A DNA stretch of 64,000 nucleotides from an uncultured bacterium (GTDB lineage Bacteria > Patescibacteriota > Microgenomatia > UBA1400 > CG1-02-47-37). Below are positions 20,321-29,306 of the stretch, in pieces. The position numbers and the translations under genes are program-made. Below the pieces are notes generated by a model. That model was not told the DNA's origin, made no database searches, and saw only the letters and a program-made list of their open reading frames with translations. The stretch is from positions 1,726 through 65,725 of the forward strand of contig CAXBYZ010000002.1 in NCBI GenBank assembly GCA_963980215.1, given 5' to 3'. Numbering within the stretch: the stretch's first letter is position 1; each line of letters opens with the position of its first letter.

Positions 20321-20926
20321 ATGTTGCCAATTAATGAAAAAATCACTACATGGCTAAATCATCTTAAACTTAAGTTTTCCCTCCAGCAAAAAGAACAGAC
20401 AGAAATTACTATTCCTTTATCTAACAATCAAATCATATCAAGCCTTTCAAAGAATAAAAATCTAAAATTTATTTCTAAAATTCTCATTAAGGATGTTTTC
20501 CTTAATCGAACATTACCTTACAAAATAAGAATAAGATTTAAGTATCATAAGAAAAATCTTTCTGAGTTGTTAATCCTTGAATCTAAATCCAATATGCAAC
20601 TATTGCCCTCTTATCAACTAAAAACAAAAAAACTCAATGTTTATAAAATATGTCTTACAAATAATCATAACATCCAAACGAAGCTCTTAAGCTCAATCAC
20701 GGAGCAAAAACAATACCAGATTACTAAAATCAGAACAACTCTTCAATCGCATATTAATAATACTCCTATTTTTTTTGACTTCGACGCTCTCGAGCAAGTC
20801 ATAACATTCTCAAAACACTTACCTTCAATCTCTATTCCTAACTACTGTCTTGATATCGAAACTTCAAGTCAATTCGATATCAAACAATTACTTAATTATC
20901 TAAAAAAAATTGACATACATTTGTAA
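20321..20926 (+). CDS. Hypothetical protein, possibly a divergent CYTH/triphosphate-tunnel fold
   Basis: IRIRF, ITKIRTT, FDFD and LDIE in the order expected for CYTH. Confidence 0.4.
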   Translation: MLPINEKITTWLNHLKLKFSLQQKEQTEITIPLSNNQIISSLSKNKNLKFISKILIKDVFLNRTLPYKIRIRFKYHKKNLSELLILESKSNMQLLPSYQLKTKKLNVYKICLTNNHNIQTKLLSSITEQKQYQITKIRTTLQSHINNTPIFFDFDALEQVITFSKHLPSISIPNYCLDIETSSQFDIKQLLNYLKKIDIHL

Positions 20927-20966
20927 TATTGCACGAATACTAATCTACCATTCTAAAAAACTCCCA

Positions 20967-22712
20967 TCACATCTTTTCCGGCGCCTCTATTCCCAACATC
21001 CCCAAACCTCTCTTTAATATCTCCCCGGTTACTTTAGTCAACCACAATCTAAAATTCTTTTGCTCTTCACTCTCCGCTTTTAATATCGAGCACTTATTGT
21101 AAAAACTATTATATTTTTGGGCCAAATCATACAAGTAATTAGCTACCAAATTAGGCGCCAACTCCTCCGCCGCTTCTATAACCACTTCCTCAAACCGATA
21201 CAAACTTCTCAACACTACTTTCTCCTCCTCTTTCAAATTTTCCAGGTTCGGAACCTGGAATTTACTATCGGACTTGAGTAGTACCGACTGAGTCCGGGCA
21301 TAAGTATACTGCAAATACGGCCCCGAGTTCCCCTGCAAACTCACCGCTTCTTCCATATCGAAATTAATCTTCACCCCTGGTCCAACCTTTAAAAACGAGT
21401 ACTTCACCGCTCCCACTCCAATCATTTCCGCCGTTTTTTCGTCCACTTTATAACTAGCTTGAACTTTTTTTACCGCCTCATCCAGCAACCACCAACCAGT
21501 CACCACTCTTCCGGTTCTCGAGGACATCTTACCACCCTTTAAATCCACCAACTCATAAACCCGATGGTACTGCTTATCTTTAAACATCTTTGGATCTAGC
21601 AATTCTTCTACCTTAAAAGTCACCTCAAAAAAACTCCTCTGTTCCGGACCCACTACATGAATACACTTATCAATCTCCCCAAAATCACTAAACTCTTGTG
21701 GCGCCAAACCCAACTCCTTGGCTTCATAAGTTGCCAAGCCAATACTATTAATAAACACCCTAGTATCCAAACCATACTGAGATCCGTCAAACACCACTGC
21801 CCCTTCACTTTTCTTTAATATTCCCCTCTCCAAGGCTTTCTTTGCAATCTTTAAACCCTCACCACACTCCGACTCAAAATATAGTTTATCGTACTTAGTT
21901 CCCACCCGTTTATAAATCAGTTCAAAGTACTCCAAACTCCAATTTCTGGTCTCCTGATAAATCTCAATCACCTCCCCCTCTCCTTTACCTTCATAAATCT
22001 CTTGATTAATCTTAATAATCTCAATCTTGACTTTTTCATGCTTTTCGTAAGCCGTTGCCCCCTTAGCATAAGCCTTCCCCAAAAACTCAATTCTCTCTAA
22101 AATTGACTTACTTTTAACTAGATTGAACTCTTTTGATATAGATAAAATCCCCCACAAGGCTTTAGCAATATGAAGACCCACGTCACCTTGATAATTGACT
22201 CGTATTACCTTGATTCCCACCGCTTCAAGCAATCTGGTGATCGACTCTCCCAAGGAGATATTCCTCAAATGGCCAATGTGAAACTGTTTATGAGTGTTGG
22301 GGTGAGCATACTCCACCATCACTTTTTCACCCCACTTAGTCTTACTTTTAAACTTACCCTCTAGCACTCTTTCAGCTTCTTTGATAAGGGCATCCTCTTG
22401 GATTGATATATTAATAAATCCTGGTCCAGCAACTTCAATTTTTTTAACCAATTTCTTTGACATTTGTTCGTGTAATCTCTCAACAACCTTCTCTGCTAAC
22501 TCTCGAGGTGACCTCGGTTCCGAACTCACACCTCCAAGGTGGTGTTGCGCCTGCGGCTCACCTTGAAGGTGTGACCAAATCACCATCGCCACATTACAAG
22601 CAAAATCCCCATGAGTCATGTCTTCAGGATGCTCCACTTCAAACTCAACTTTTTCTAGCCCCATTTGACTAACTACTTCTTGGATTTGTTTTTTAATTTT
22701 ATCTTTTAGCAT
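20967..22712 (-). CDS. argS: Arginine--tRNA ligase
   Basis: HGDFACNVAM, AGPGFIN, HPNTHKQFHIGHLRN, KMSSRTG, GNSGPYLQYTYAR. Confidence 0.96.
   Translation of the reverse strand: MLKDKIKKQIQEVVSQMGLEKVEFEVEHPEDMTHGDFACNVAMVIWSHLQGEPQAQHHLGGVSSEPRSPRELAEKVVERLHEQMSKKLVKKIEVAGPGFINISIQEDALIKEAERVLEGKFKSKTKWGEKVMVEYAHPNTHKQFHIGHLRNISLGESITRLLEAVGIKVIRVNYQGDVGLHIAKALWGILSISKEFNLVKSKSILERIEFLGKAYAKGATAYEKHEKVKIEIIKINQEIYEGKGEGEVIEIYQETRNWSLEYFELIYKRVGTKYDKLYFESECGEGLKIAKKALERGILKKSEGAVVFDGSQYGLDTRVFINSIGLATYEAKELGLAPQEFSDFGEIDKCIHVVGPEQRSFFEVTFKVEELLDPKMFKDKQYHRVYELVDLKGGKMSSRTGRVVTGWWLLDEAVKKVQASYKVDEKTAEMIGVGAVKYSFLKVGPGVKINFDMEEAVSLQGNSGPYLQYTYARTQSVLLKSDSKFQVPNLENLKEEEKVVLRSLYRFEEVVIEAAEELAPNLVANYLYDLAQKYNSFYNKCSILKAESEEQKNFRLWLTKVTGEILKRGLGMLGIEAPEKM
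21240..21260. repeat. Family A palindrome inside argS
   Basis: ttccaggttc-g-gaacctggaa. Confidence 0.8.
22504..22574. repeat. Composite family C element plus family A half-site inside argS
   Basis: tcacacctccaaggtg-gtgttgcgcctgcggct-caccttgaaggtgtga preceded by ggttccgaac; spacer shared with 30233-30278. Confidence 0.88.
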
Positions 22713-22805
22713 TTTGACTTAATCAATTAATTTGTTATAATATTCTTATCACGATGAGAGGACTACCAAAGGAGGACCTTGCTCCCCTAGGGAATGCCTC
22801 TCTTT

Positions 22806-23321
22806 TTATTGCTTCTTTTTTAATTTTTCTTTAAGCATCGAGATTACTAAAATATACTTAGCAAACCCCCTCAATAAAGAAGAGTATTTCTGGTTTGGCG
22901 CAATCACTTTATCTAGTTTACCCTTTTTTGCCAAATACTCAATCAGGCAATGAAAATCTCCATCTCCTGATACAATCACCGCCTTTTGATAATTATCAAA
23001 CTCAATCATAGCATGTAGCACTAGTTCAGCGTCCACATTGCCTTTAATTTTCACTTTTTTACCTTTACCCTTTCCACTAACTACTTCCAGGGTCGGCTTA
23101 AAAATGCAAATATAACCAACCGACTGCAAGTAAGTATATAAAGATTGATTCCCCTCTATATACCCAATAAACAAATATGTTTTCTTGACCTTGTACTTAG
23201 TCCTTAGATACTGCCTAAATCTACCGTAGTCCAATTCCCAACCCTGAGACTTAACCCCCAAGTGTAAATTCTGGGAATCAATAAAGGCGTAGTTACTTGT
23301 ATCCTTCAACAATTTTTTCAT
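22806..23321 (-). CDS. NYN (LabA/DUF88) PIN-fold RNase-like protein
   Basis: FIDSQNL, KGNVDAELV, IVSGDGDF. Confidence 0.88.
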   Translation of the reverse strand: MKKLLKDTSNYAFIDSQNLHLGVKSQGWELDYGRFRQYLRTKYKVKKTYLFIGYIEGNQSLYTYLQSVGYICIFKPTLEVVSGKGKGKKVKIKGNVDAELVLHAMIEFDNYQKAVIVSGDGDFHCLIEYLAKKGKLDKVIAPNQKYSSLLRGFAKYILVISMLKEKLKKKQ

Positions 23322-23387
23322 AAACTTTCACTGCCATTTCTACCTTCTCTAGTTTAGCATATTCATTATGCTGATCGTACTTCCCCC

Positions 23388-24122
23388 TTACTCTCTCACT
23401 ACCCCCGCTCGCAACACAAATTTCTTACACTTCTCTGCCGCCCAATCACTTGGTAACAACTCACTTGGTAAAAACGGATCTTTGATCACCACGTCCAAGT
23501 ACTCCGAGTAAATCTTTTTCAAAAACTCCTCCCTTTTTCGTTTATCACTAATTCCAAATCGAGTGCTAAGCTTATCTATCAGCTGGTTATACTCCTTACT
23601 CACCTTATCCAATCCCCACACCTTACTTGCCAACATCTTTGGGTTGCCCAAGTGCTTCTGTTTAGCTTCCATTAGTAAAACACTTCCGGATAAACCCTTT
23701 ACTTGCAAGAAGTTCATAAAACTCTTTGAAAATTCGTAAGGGGAAATATAAGTGCTATCTTGCAATCTACCAAAACCTTGCTTCAAAATCTCTTTTCGCA
23801 AACTATCCCTACTGCTCCTCTTTCTCTCTGGAATATCAAACATAATCACTCTCCAAAATCCATCCCATTTATCTTGGTCAATTCCCAGTACCGGATAAAG
23901 GCTAAATAGCTCTTTCATCCCGGATCCTGTCAAGCGAAAGTTCATCTGGCCATTAATAATCACTTTTTGGATAAACCCGTCTCGGTACATTCGATTGCTA
24001 AGATCACGATATTTTTTCTTTGAGTACTTTGGCGGTGTCCATAAAAACAACTTATCTTTATAGCAAGCCCTCGAACCCCCGCTCACCGCCAACCCCCACA
24101 GTAATCTATCTCTAAGTTTCAT
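23388..24122 (-). CDS. PaaX-family transcriptional regulator
   Basis: WDGFWRVIMFDIPE, GFGRLQDSTYISP, DPFLPSELLPSDW. Confidence 0.82.
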   Translation of the reverse strand: MKLRDRLLWGLAVSGGSRACYKDKLFLWTPPKYSKKKYRDLSNRMYRDGFIQKVIINGQMNFRLTGSGMKELFSLYPVLGIDQDKWDGFWRVIMFDIPERKRSSRDSLRKEILKQGFGRLQDSTYISPYEFSKSFMNFLQVKGLSGSVLLMEAKQKHLGNPKMLASKVWGLDKVSKEYNQLIDKLSTRFGISDKRKREEFLKKIYSEYLDVVIKDPFLPSELLPSDWAAEKCKKFVLRAGVVRE

Positions 24123-24156
24123 AAATATATTCTACTCCACCCGCATCAAAATTTCC

Positions 24157-24182
24157 ACATGAAGGTTCGTAACCTTCATGTA
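24157..24182. repeat. Family A palindrome, intergenic
   Basis: acatgaaggtt-cgt-aaccttcatgt(a); followed by degenerate family C sites at about 24190-24229. Confidence 0.88.
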
Positions 24183-24244
24183 AGAATCTCACTACTCTGG
24201 AGTGGCACTTGATGACTCTCCGGAGTGGACTATATACTACCCTT

Positions 24245-25675
24245 ATGAAAATAGTCATCGGCTACCCCCCCTTAGAATCCAAAAAAGGCACCGCCCTTCT
24301 TTCTCAAAATCGCCAGTTCCAGTGGTTTTCTTCTCCCACCTACATCTATCCCGTCATTCCCGCCTCAACAGCCACTCTTTTAGCAAAAAACGGTCACCAA
24401 GTTCTCTGGCTCGACGGCATTGCCGAAAACTGGACCTACCAACAATGGTTAAAACAACTCAAAGACTTCAAACCCGACCTTTTGTTCATGGAATCCAAAA
24501 CCCCAGTCATTAAGGCTCACTGGAAAATCATCAAAGATCTCAAACGCAAGGTTCCGAACCTTAAATGTGTCTTGGTCGGTGACCATGTTACCGCCTTACC
24601 CAAAGAGTCCTTCAAACACTCGCCCGTCGACTTTGTTATCTCTGGTGGCAACTACGACCTCGCTTTACTCGATCTCGTAACCAAACTCAAAAACAAAAAG
24701 AAAGTCACTCCAATCACTTATGCCCCTTCAAACTACAACCTCACCAAGCTTCCTTTCATCGATCGAAAGCTAACCAAGTGGCACCTCTACGCCTCCAAAA
24801 ACGGTAACTTCAAGTACTTCCCCGGTACCTACACTATGGCCGGTCGGGATTGCTGGTGGCGCCAAAATGGTGGCTGTACTTTTTGTTCCTGGACCACCTT
24901 GTATCCCCAATTTTCCTCCCGCACGCCAACAAATCTCCTAGACGAAATTGGTCAATTGATCAAGATTGGAGTCAAAGAAGTTTTTGACGACACCGGCACT
25001 TTTCCCATCGGTGATTGGTTAACCAAGTTTTGTCAAGGCATGGTCAAACTCGGCTACCACAAACAAATCACTTTCGGGTGCAACATGCGTTACGGAGTTT
25101 TAACCAAAAAAGACTATACATTAATGGCCAAAGCTAACTTTCGCTTCATCCTCTACGGCCTTGAATCGGTAAACCCCAAAACCATCAAACGTTTAAACAA
25201 AGGCACCAAGCCTTCAAAAATCAAAGCCGAGCTTGAAGTTATCAAGCAAGTAAATCAGGAATTAAAAGGTCATCTAGAACCCCACGTTACTTGCATGATT
25301 GGCTATCCATGGGAAAGCTATCAGGACGCCCAAAACACCGTCAACTACACTAAATCTCTCTTCAAAAAAGGCCTCATCGACTCTCTCCAAGCCACCATCT
25401 GCATTCCCTATCCAGGCACCAAACTCTACAGCCAATGTCAAAAAAATCACTGGCTCAAAACCACCAACTACAACCACTACGACATGCGTCAACCAATCAT
25501 GAAAACCAAGATAAAAAACCAAGACCTACTCAAACTCACCAGAAACATCTACACCTCCTGTCTCACTCCAAAGTTCATCCTAAAAAAACTTTTTTCTATC
25601 AGAAACTTCAACGACCTCAAATGGTTCTACAACGCTAGCTTTAAAGTCCTCGCTCACTTACTAGATTTTTCATGA
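24245..25675 (+). CDS. B12-binding radical SAM protein
   Basis: N-terminal cobalamin-binding-like domain (VGDHVTALP); CWWRQNGGCTFC; YGLES, IGYPWE, PYPGT. Confidence 0.85.
   Translation: MKIVIGYPPLESKKGTALLSQNRQFQWFSSPTYIYPVIPASTATLLAKNGHQVLWLDGIAENWTYQQWLKQLKDFKPDLLFMESKTPVIKAHWKIIKDLKRKVPNLKCVLVGDHVTALPKESFKHSPVDFVISGGNYDLALLDLVTKLKNKKKVTPITYAPSNYNLTKLPFIDRKLTKWHLYASKNGNFKYFPGTYTMAGRDCWWRQNGGCTFCSWTTLYPQFSSRTPTNLLDEIGQLIKIGVKEVFDDTGTFPIGDWLTKFCQGMVKLGYHKQITFGCNMRYGVLTKKDYTLMAKANFRFILYGLESVNPKTIKRLNKGTKPSKIKAELEVIKQVNQELKGHLEPHVTCMIGYPWESYQDAQNTVNYTKSLFKKGLIDSLQATICIPYPGTKLYSQCQKNHWLKTTNYNHYDMRQPIMKTKIKNQDLLKLTRNIYTSCLTPKFILKKLFSIRNFNDLKWFYNASFKVLAHLLDFS
24548..24562. repeat. Family A core palindrome inside CDS
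   Basis: aaggttc-c-gaacctt. Confidence 0.7.
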
Positions 25676-26487
25676 CTCACTCCATTGCCACTATTATCAA
25701 TTTTTGTAGTAACGACAAACTTTTTATCCACCACACTATCAACCAAGTTAAAAAATTCTCAAGCCAAATAATTATTCCTTACTGCGACCACTTCTACGAC
25801 GGCACTCCTGAAGATCAAAGCTTAATCTCTAAAACCATTGCAAAACACCCCACAGTTAAATTCATCCCCTTTCAATACGACCCCAATGCCACCAAAACTT
25901 TATGGCGCGGTTGGCAATTTATCTTACGCCGCCTCACCAAAACCCAAGTCTGGGGACCCCAACACTGGATCTGTCATGCCCGTTTACTAGGAACTACTTA
26001 CCTCAAAAAAAACATCAAATACGTCCTCTTTTTAGACGCCGACGAAGTCCCCGATGGCAAACGCTTTAAAGGTTGGCTAGACACCAAAAACTACCAAAAA
26101 TATAATGCCATAAAGTCTGCTAATTACTGGTACTTTAGATCACCCAAACACCAAGCCACTACCTTTGAAGACTCAAGCTTATTAGTCAAAAGAACTTCTT
26201 TAACTCAAGCCGTCTTCATGGATCACGATGAACGAAACGCTACCTACAACTCCATCCCTCACCCCAAAAAAAGAATGGTTTTAGGTTTAGACAGTAAACC
26301 CATGATCCACCACTACGGCTGGGCTAAACCCAAAGCCAATCTCCTTAAAAAAGTCAAAACCTGGGGGCACTCCAAAGACCGAAATTGGACCAAGTTAATC
26401 GAAAAAGAGTTTCAAAAACCTTTCTCCGGCACAGACTTTATCTACCACCGTCGCTTCACCACCGTCAAACCTTTCCTTCACTTGTAA
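25672..26487 (+). CDS. Glycosyltransferase family 2-like protein
   Basis: YVLFLDADE DxD motif, HHYGW. Confidence 0.75.
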   Translation: MTHSIATIINFCSNDKLFIHHTINQVKKFSSQIIIPYCDHFYDGTPEDQSLISKTIAKHPTVKFIPFQYDPNATKTLWRGWQFILRRLTKTQVWGPQHWICHARLLGTTYLKKNIKYVLFLDADEVPDGKRFKGWLDTKNYQKYNAIKSANYWYFRSPKHQATTFEDSSLLVKRTSLTQAVFMDHDERNATYNSIPHPKKRMVLGLDSKPMIHHYGWAKPKANLLKKVKTWGHSKDRNWTKLIEKEFQKPFSGTDFIYHRRFTTVKPFLHL

Positions 26488-26510
26488 CAAAGGACAGTCC
26501 TTTGTTACAA
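26482..26510. repeat. Family B REP-like palindrome, left flank of the transposase
   Basis: ttgtaacaaaggac-a-gtcctttgttacaa (29 bp), ending 7 nt before the ATG. Confidence 0.95.
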
Positions 26511-26517
26511 TAATAAT

Positions 26518-27168
26518 ATGCCTTCCAAAAACGAACTTAAACAATACCTAAAAAATGGTTACTATCATATATACAATCGTGGGGTTGATAAAAGAATCAT
26601 TTATAAAGATGAGCAAGACTACGGTGTCTTTTTAAACTTCCTAAAATATTACCTATCTTCCCTTCCAAAACTAAATCCACTTAGAAAAATAACAATTAGA
26701 GAAAGTAAAACGTATCAAATTAGCGATTACAAATGCAAAAACTATCACCAAGCCGTCACTTTACTCGCCTACTGCCTAATGCCCAACCACTTTCATTTAC
26801 TCATCAAACAAACTGAATCCAGAAATATTGAATCTTTCATGAAATCTATTGGCACCAGATACTCAATGTACTTTAACAAACGCTATCAAAGATCTGGCCA
26901 CCTCTTCCAGGGTAGATACAATGCCGTCTTGGTTGATTCCGACGAACAACTCATTCATCTTTCTCGCTACATTCATTTAAATCCCTCTCCAAATCTTTTT
27001 AAGCAGCCTTCTAGCTATCCTGATTATCTCAACCAAAAAAACACCCCATGGCTTCAGAAGCAAGATGTCACTCAACACTTCAAAAATTCACTTGCTTACA
27101 AAAAATTCGTCCAAACTCCCGACCAATCCGCCCTCTCAATCCTCTCCAAACTCACCCTAGATTCGTAA
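26518..27168 (+). mobile_element. IS200-like / REP-associated tyrosine transposase (RAYT, Y1_Tnp HUH)
   Basis: YYHIYNRG, AYCLMPNHFHLL (HUH), GHLFQGRY, RYIHLNP, SSY; flanked by identical palindromes. Confidence 0.9.
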
Positions 27169-27189
27169 CAAAGGACAGTCCTTTGTTAC
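27165..27189. repeat. Family B REP-like palindrome, right flank of the transposase
   Basis: gtaacaaaggac-a-gtcctttgttac; contains the TAA stops of both convergent genes. Confidence 0.95.
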
Positions 27190-28628
27190 ACTTTTATCAA
27201 ATATACCCTCATCATCTCGTCATTAAAACCAAAAATCGATAATAATTTCAACCACGGCCACAACAACACTCCTACAAAAACTTGCCCCACCCCTCTTCCT
27301 AGTTTAGCCGTGATGTTATGGAAAAAAACTTGATGCCAAACCAAACCTTTTCTAATCACCTTGTACCCCGCTTTATTTATCACCTTTAAAAACTCATCTT
27401 TCGTCCAAAAATTCACATGAGTCTTGTCCCAATAAGCAAGGTAATCTTTTTTCAACCACTTTTCTGACAAATTCCCGGTTAACGGCACTTCCAAAACCAA
27501 AACTCCACCTGGTTTCAACCATTTTTTAATCCGCTTCAACTGCTTGACCGGATCTTTAATATGTTCCAACACATGATACATACTTATTACCTCATATTTT
27601 CTATTTGCCTCATATGCTTCAATCTTTTCCCCTTTTTTCTCATCTATTCCCATCGCCTTGATTCCCCACTCATTAGCCATCTTTACCAACTTGCCATCCC
27701 CACACCCCAAATCCAACCACTGAATACTTTTTTTCTTTACCACTTGCCTAGCTTCTCTCAACCTCATCCTCACAAACACCTCCCCCATCAACCAATCCAA
27801 GCTCATCAACATCGCTTTTACACTCATCTTTAATCTTCCCGAAACCAAACTCACTCCAACCAACAATCCCCACCTCAACCATCTCTCTCCTCCTGAAAAA
27901 TTCTTTAAAACCGTCACCAATCGATTTCGTCGATAATAAAAGACCACCTCATCGCTAGCCACATTTTGATTAAAACTCAAAGACCCTTTGTGCTCAATCA
28001 CACTCTTCATCACCCCCACAGCCGACCCTCCTAACCTTTTTGCCCTCAACTGCAAATCTACATCTTCGTAAAAATACTTGTACCACTCGTCAAAACCACC
28101 AAGATCAAAAAACCACTCTTTATTCACCATCAAGCAAGTACCATTGGCATACTCTCCTCTGATTATCTCTCCAAACTGCCCCCTATCTTCCTGCCCTCTT
28201 CCTACCGCTACCCCAAATCCTGGCCACAAATACTTCCCCGCTACGCAATCAATTTTACTGCTTTTGTATGTCAAAATCTTTGGTTGCAACATCAACTTTT
28301 TATTTCCCTCAGCCTGACCCCACAACTCCTTTAACCAGCTTTTTTGGACCACCGTGTCTGAGTTCAAAAACACTAGCCACTCACCCTTTGCCTCTCTAGC
28401 CCCCAAGTTACTCCCCCCTGCAAAAAACTTATTTTCGCAACTCACCACTATCCGCACTTTTTTACTCCCCCCATATTTTTTCTTTAACAACCCCAAGCTC
28501 CCATCACTAGACCCATTCTCCACCACCACCACTTCAAAACTCACCTCCACACTCTTCAATACCGAATCGACACACTCCCTGATATATTTCTCGCCGTTAT
28601 AGTTAACTATGACTACGCTTATCTTCAT
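27186..28628 (-). CDS. GT2 glycosyltransferase fused to a class I SAM methyltransferase
   Basis: SVVIVNYN, FLNSDT, YEDVDL; then LDLGCGDG, HVLEH, LKPGG. Confidence 0.85.
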   Translation of the reverse strand: MKISVVIVNYNGEKYIRECVDSVLKSVEVSFEVVVVENGSSDGSLGLLKKKYGGSKKVRIVVSCENKFFAGGSNLGAREAKGEWLVFLNSDTVVQKSWLKELWGQAEGNKKLMLQPKILTYKSSKIDCVAGKYLWPGFGVAVGRGQEDRGQFGEIIRGEYANGTCLMVNKEWFFDLGGFDEWYKYFYEDVDLQLRAKRLGGSAVGVMKSVIEHKGSLSFNQNVASDEVVFYYRRNRLVTVLKNFSGGERWLRWGLLVGVSLVSGRLKMSVKAMLMSLDWLMGEVFVRMRLREARQVVKKKSIQWLDLGCGDGKLVKMANEWGIKAMGIDEKKGEKIEAYEANRKYEVISMYHVLEHIKDPVKQLKRIKKWLKPGGVLVLEVPLTGNLSEKWLKKDYLAYWDKTHVNFWTKDEFLKVINKAGYKVIRKGLVWHQVFFHNITAKLGRGVGQVFVGVLLWPWLKLLSIFGFNDEMMRVYLIKV

Positions 28629-29305
28629 AATTTTCTTACCTTAATAGCTAAAGCAGCTCCGCTTTTTAATCTCATAAATTTTCTCTTCTCTACCTTAAAA
28701 GAAATTCCCAACTTATTCAACCACAAGCACTTATGCCACTCACCAATCGTCTTTGTATCCAAGTAATAATAACTATCTACCAACTTCAATCCGAACTTTT
28801 TCAACAAACTCACCCACTTTTCTCTCGAGTACAAATGATAGTGATTATATTTTTTATTAAACAAAAAGCCATATAATTTTCCCCAACCAATATATGAGAT
28901 TAACTGATCACTCGGCATGGTGGCTACCAATAAACCACCCGGCTTTAACACCCGGCTCACCTCTCTTAGCACTCTTTCCAACTTACTGATATGCTCCAAG
29001 ACACTATTACTAAACATCACCTCAAACTCACCGTCAGCAAATGGCATCTCTCCAGCATCAGCCAACACCACTTCTTTATACACCCCGCTCTTCCTGGCTT
29101 TCCTCACCATCCCTTCATCATTATCAAGCCCTGTAACAAAGGACTGTCCTTTGTTACACTTTCCACCAAACACTTCCTTAGCAATCTCACCCTCGCCACA
29201 CCCCAAATCAAGAACTTTTTTACCAATAAAGTCTTTCCCCCACTCTTGTTTCACCAGCCCCACCTCAATTTCTCTCCAAATATTTGTTACTTGATCAAAC
29301 TTCAT
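28625..29305 (-). CDS. Class I SAM-dependent methyltransferase
   Basis: VLDLGCGEG, SNSVLEH, RVLKPGG. Confidence 0.88.
   Translation of the reverse strand: MKFDQVTNIWREIEVGLVKQEWGKDFIGKKVLDLGCGEGEIAKEVFGGKCNKGQSFVTGLDNDEGMVRKARKSGVYKEVVLADAGEMPFADGEFEVMFSNSVLEHISKLERVLREVSRVLKPGGLLVATMPSDQLISYIGWGKLYGFLFNKKYNHYHLYSREKWVSLLKKFGLKLVDSYYYLDTKTIGEWHKCLWLNKLGISFKVEKRKFMRLKSGAALAIKVRKL
29132..29158. repeat. Family B palindrome inside the methyltransferase
   Basis: tgtaacaaaggac-t-gtcctttgttaca, encodes CNKGQSFVT between motif I and the GLD strand. Confidence 0.92.
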
Positions 29306-29306
29306 A

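Noticed and set aside
23388-24122. Cas2-like FDIPE...LQxS motif suggesting CRISPR-Cas
   Set aside because: It is the central domain of a PaaX-type regulator (DPFLP..LLP..W C-terminus); no cas genes or repeat-spacer array in the window.
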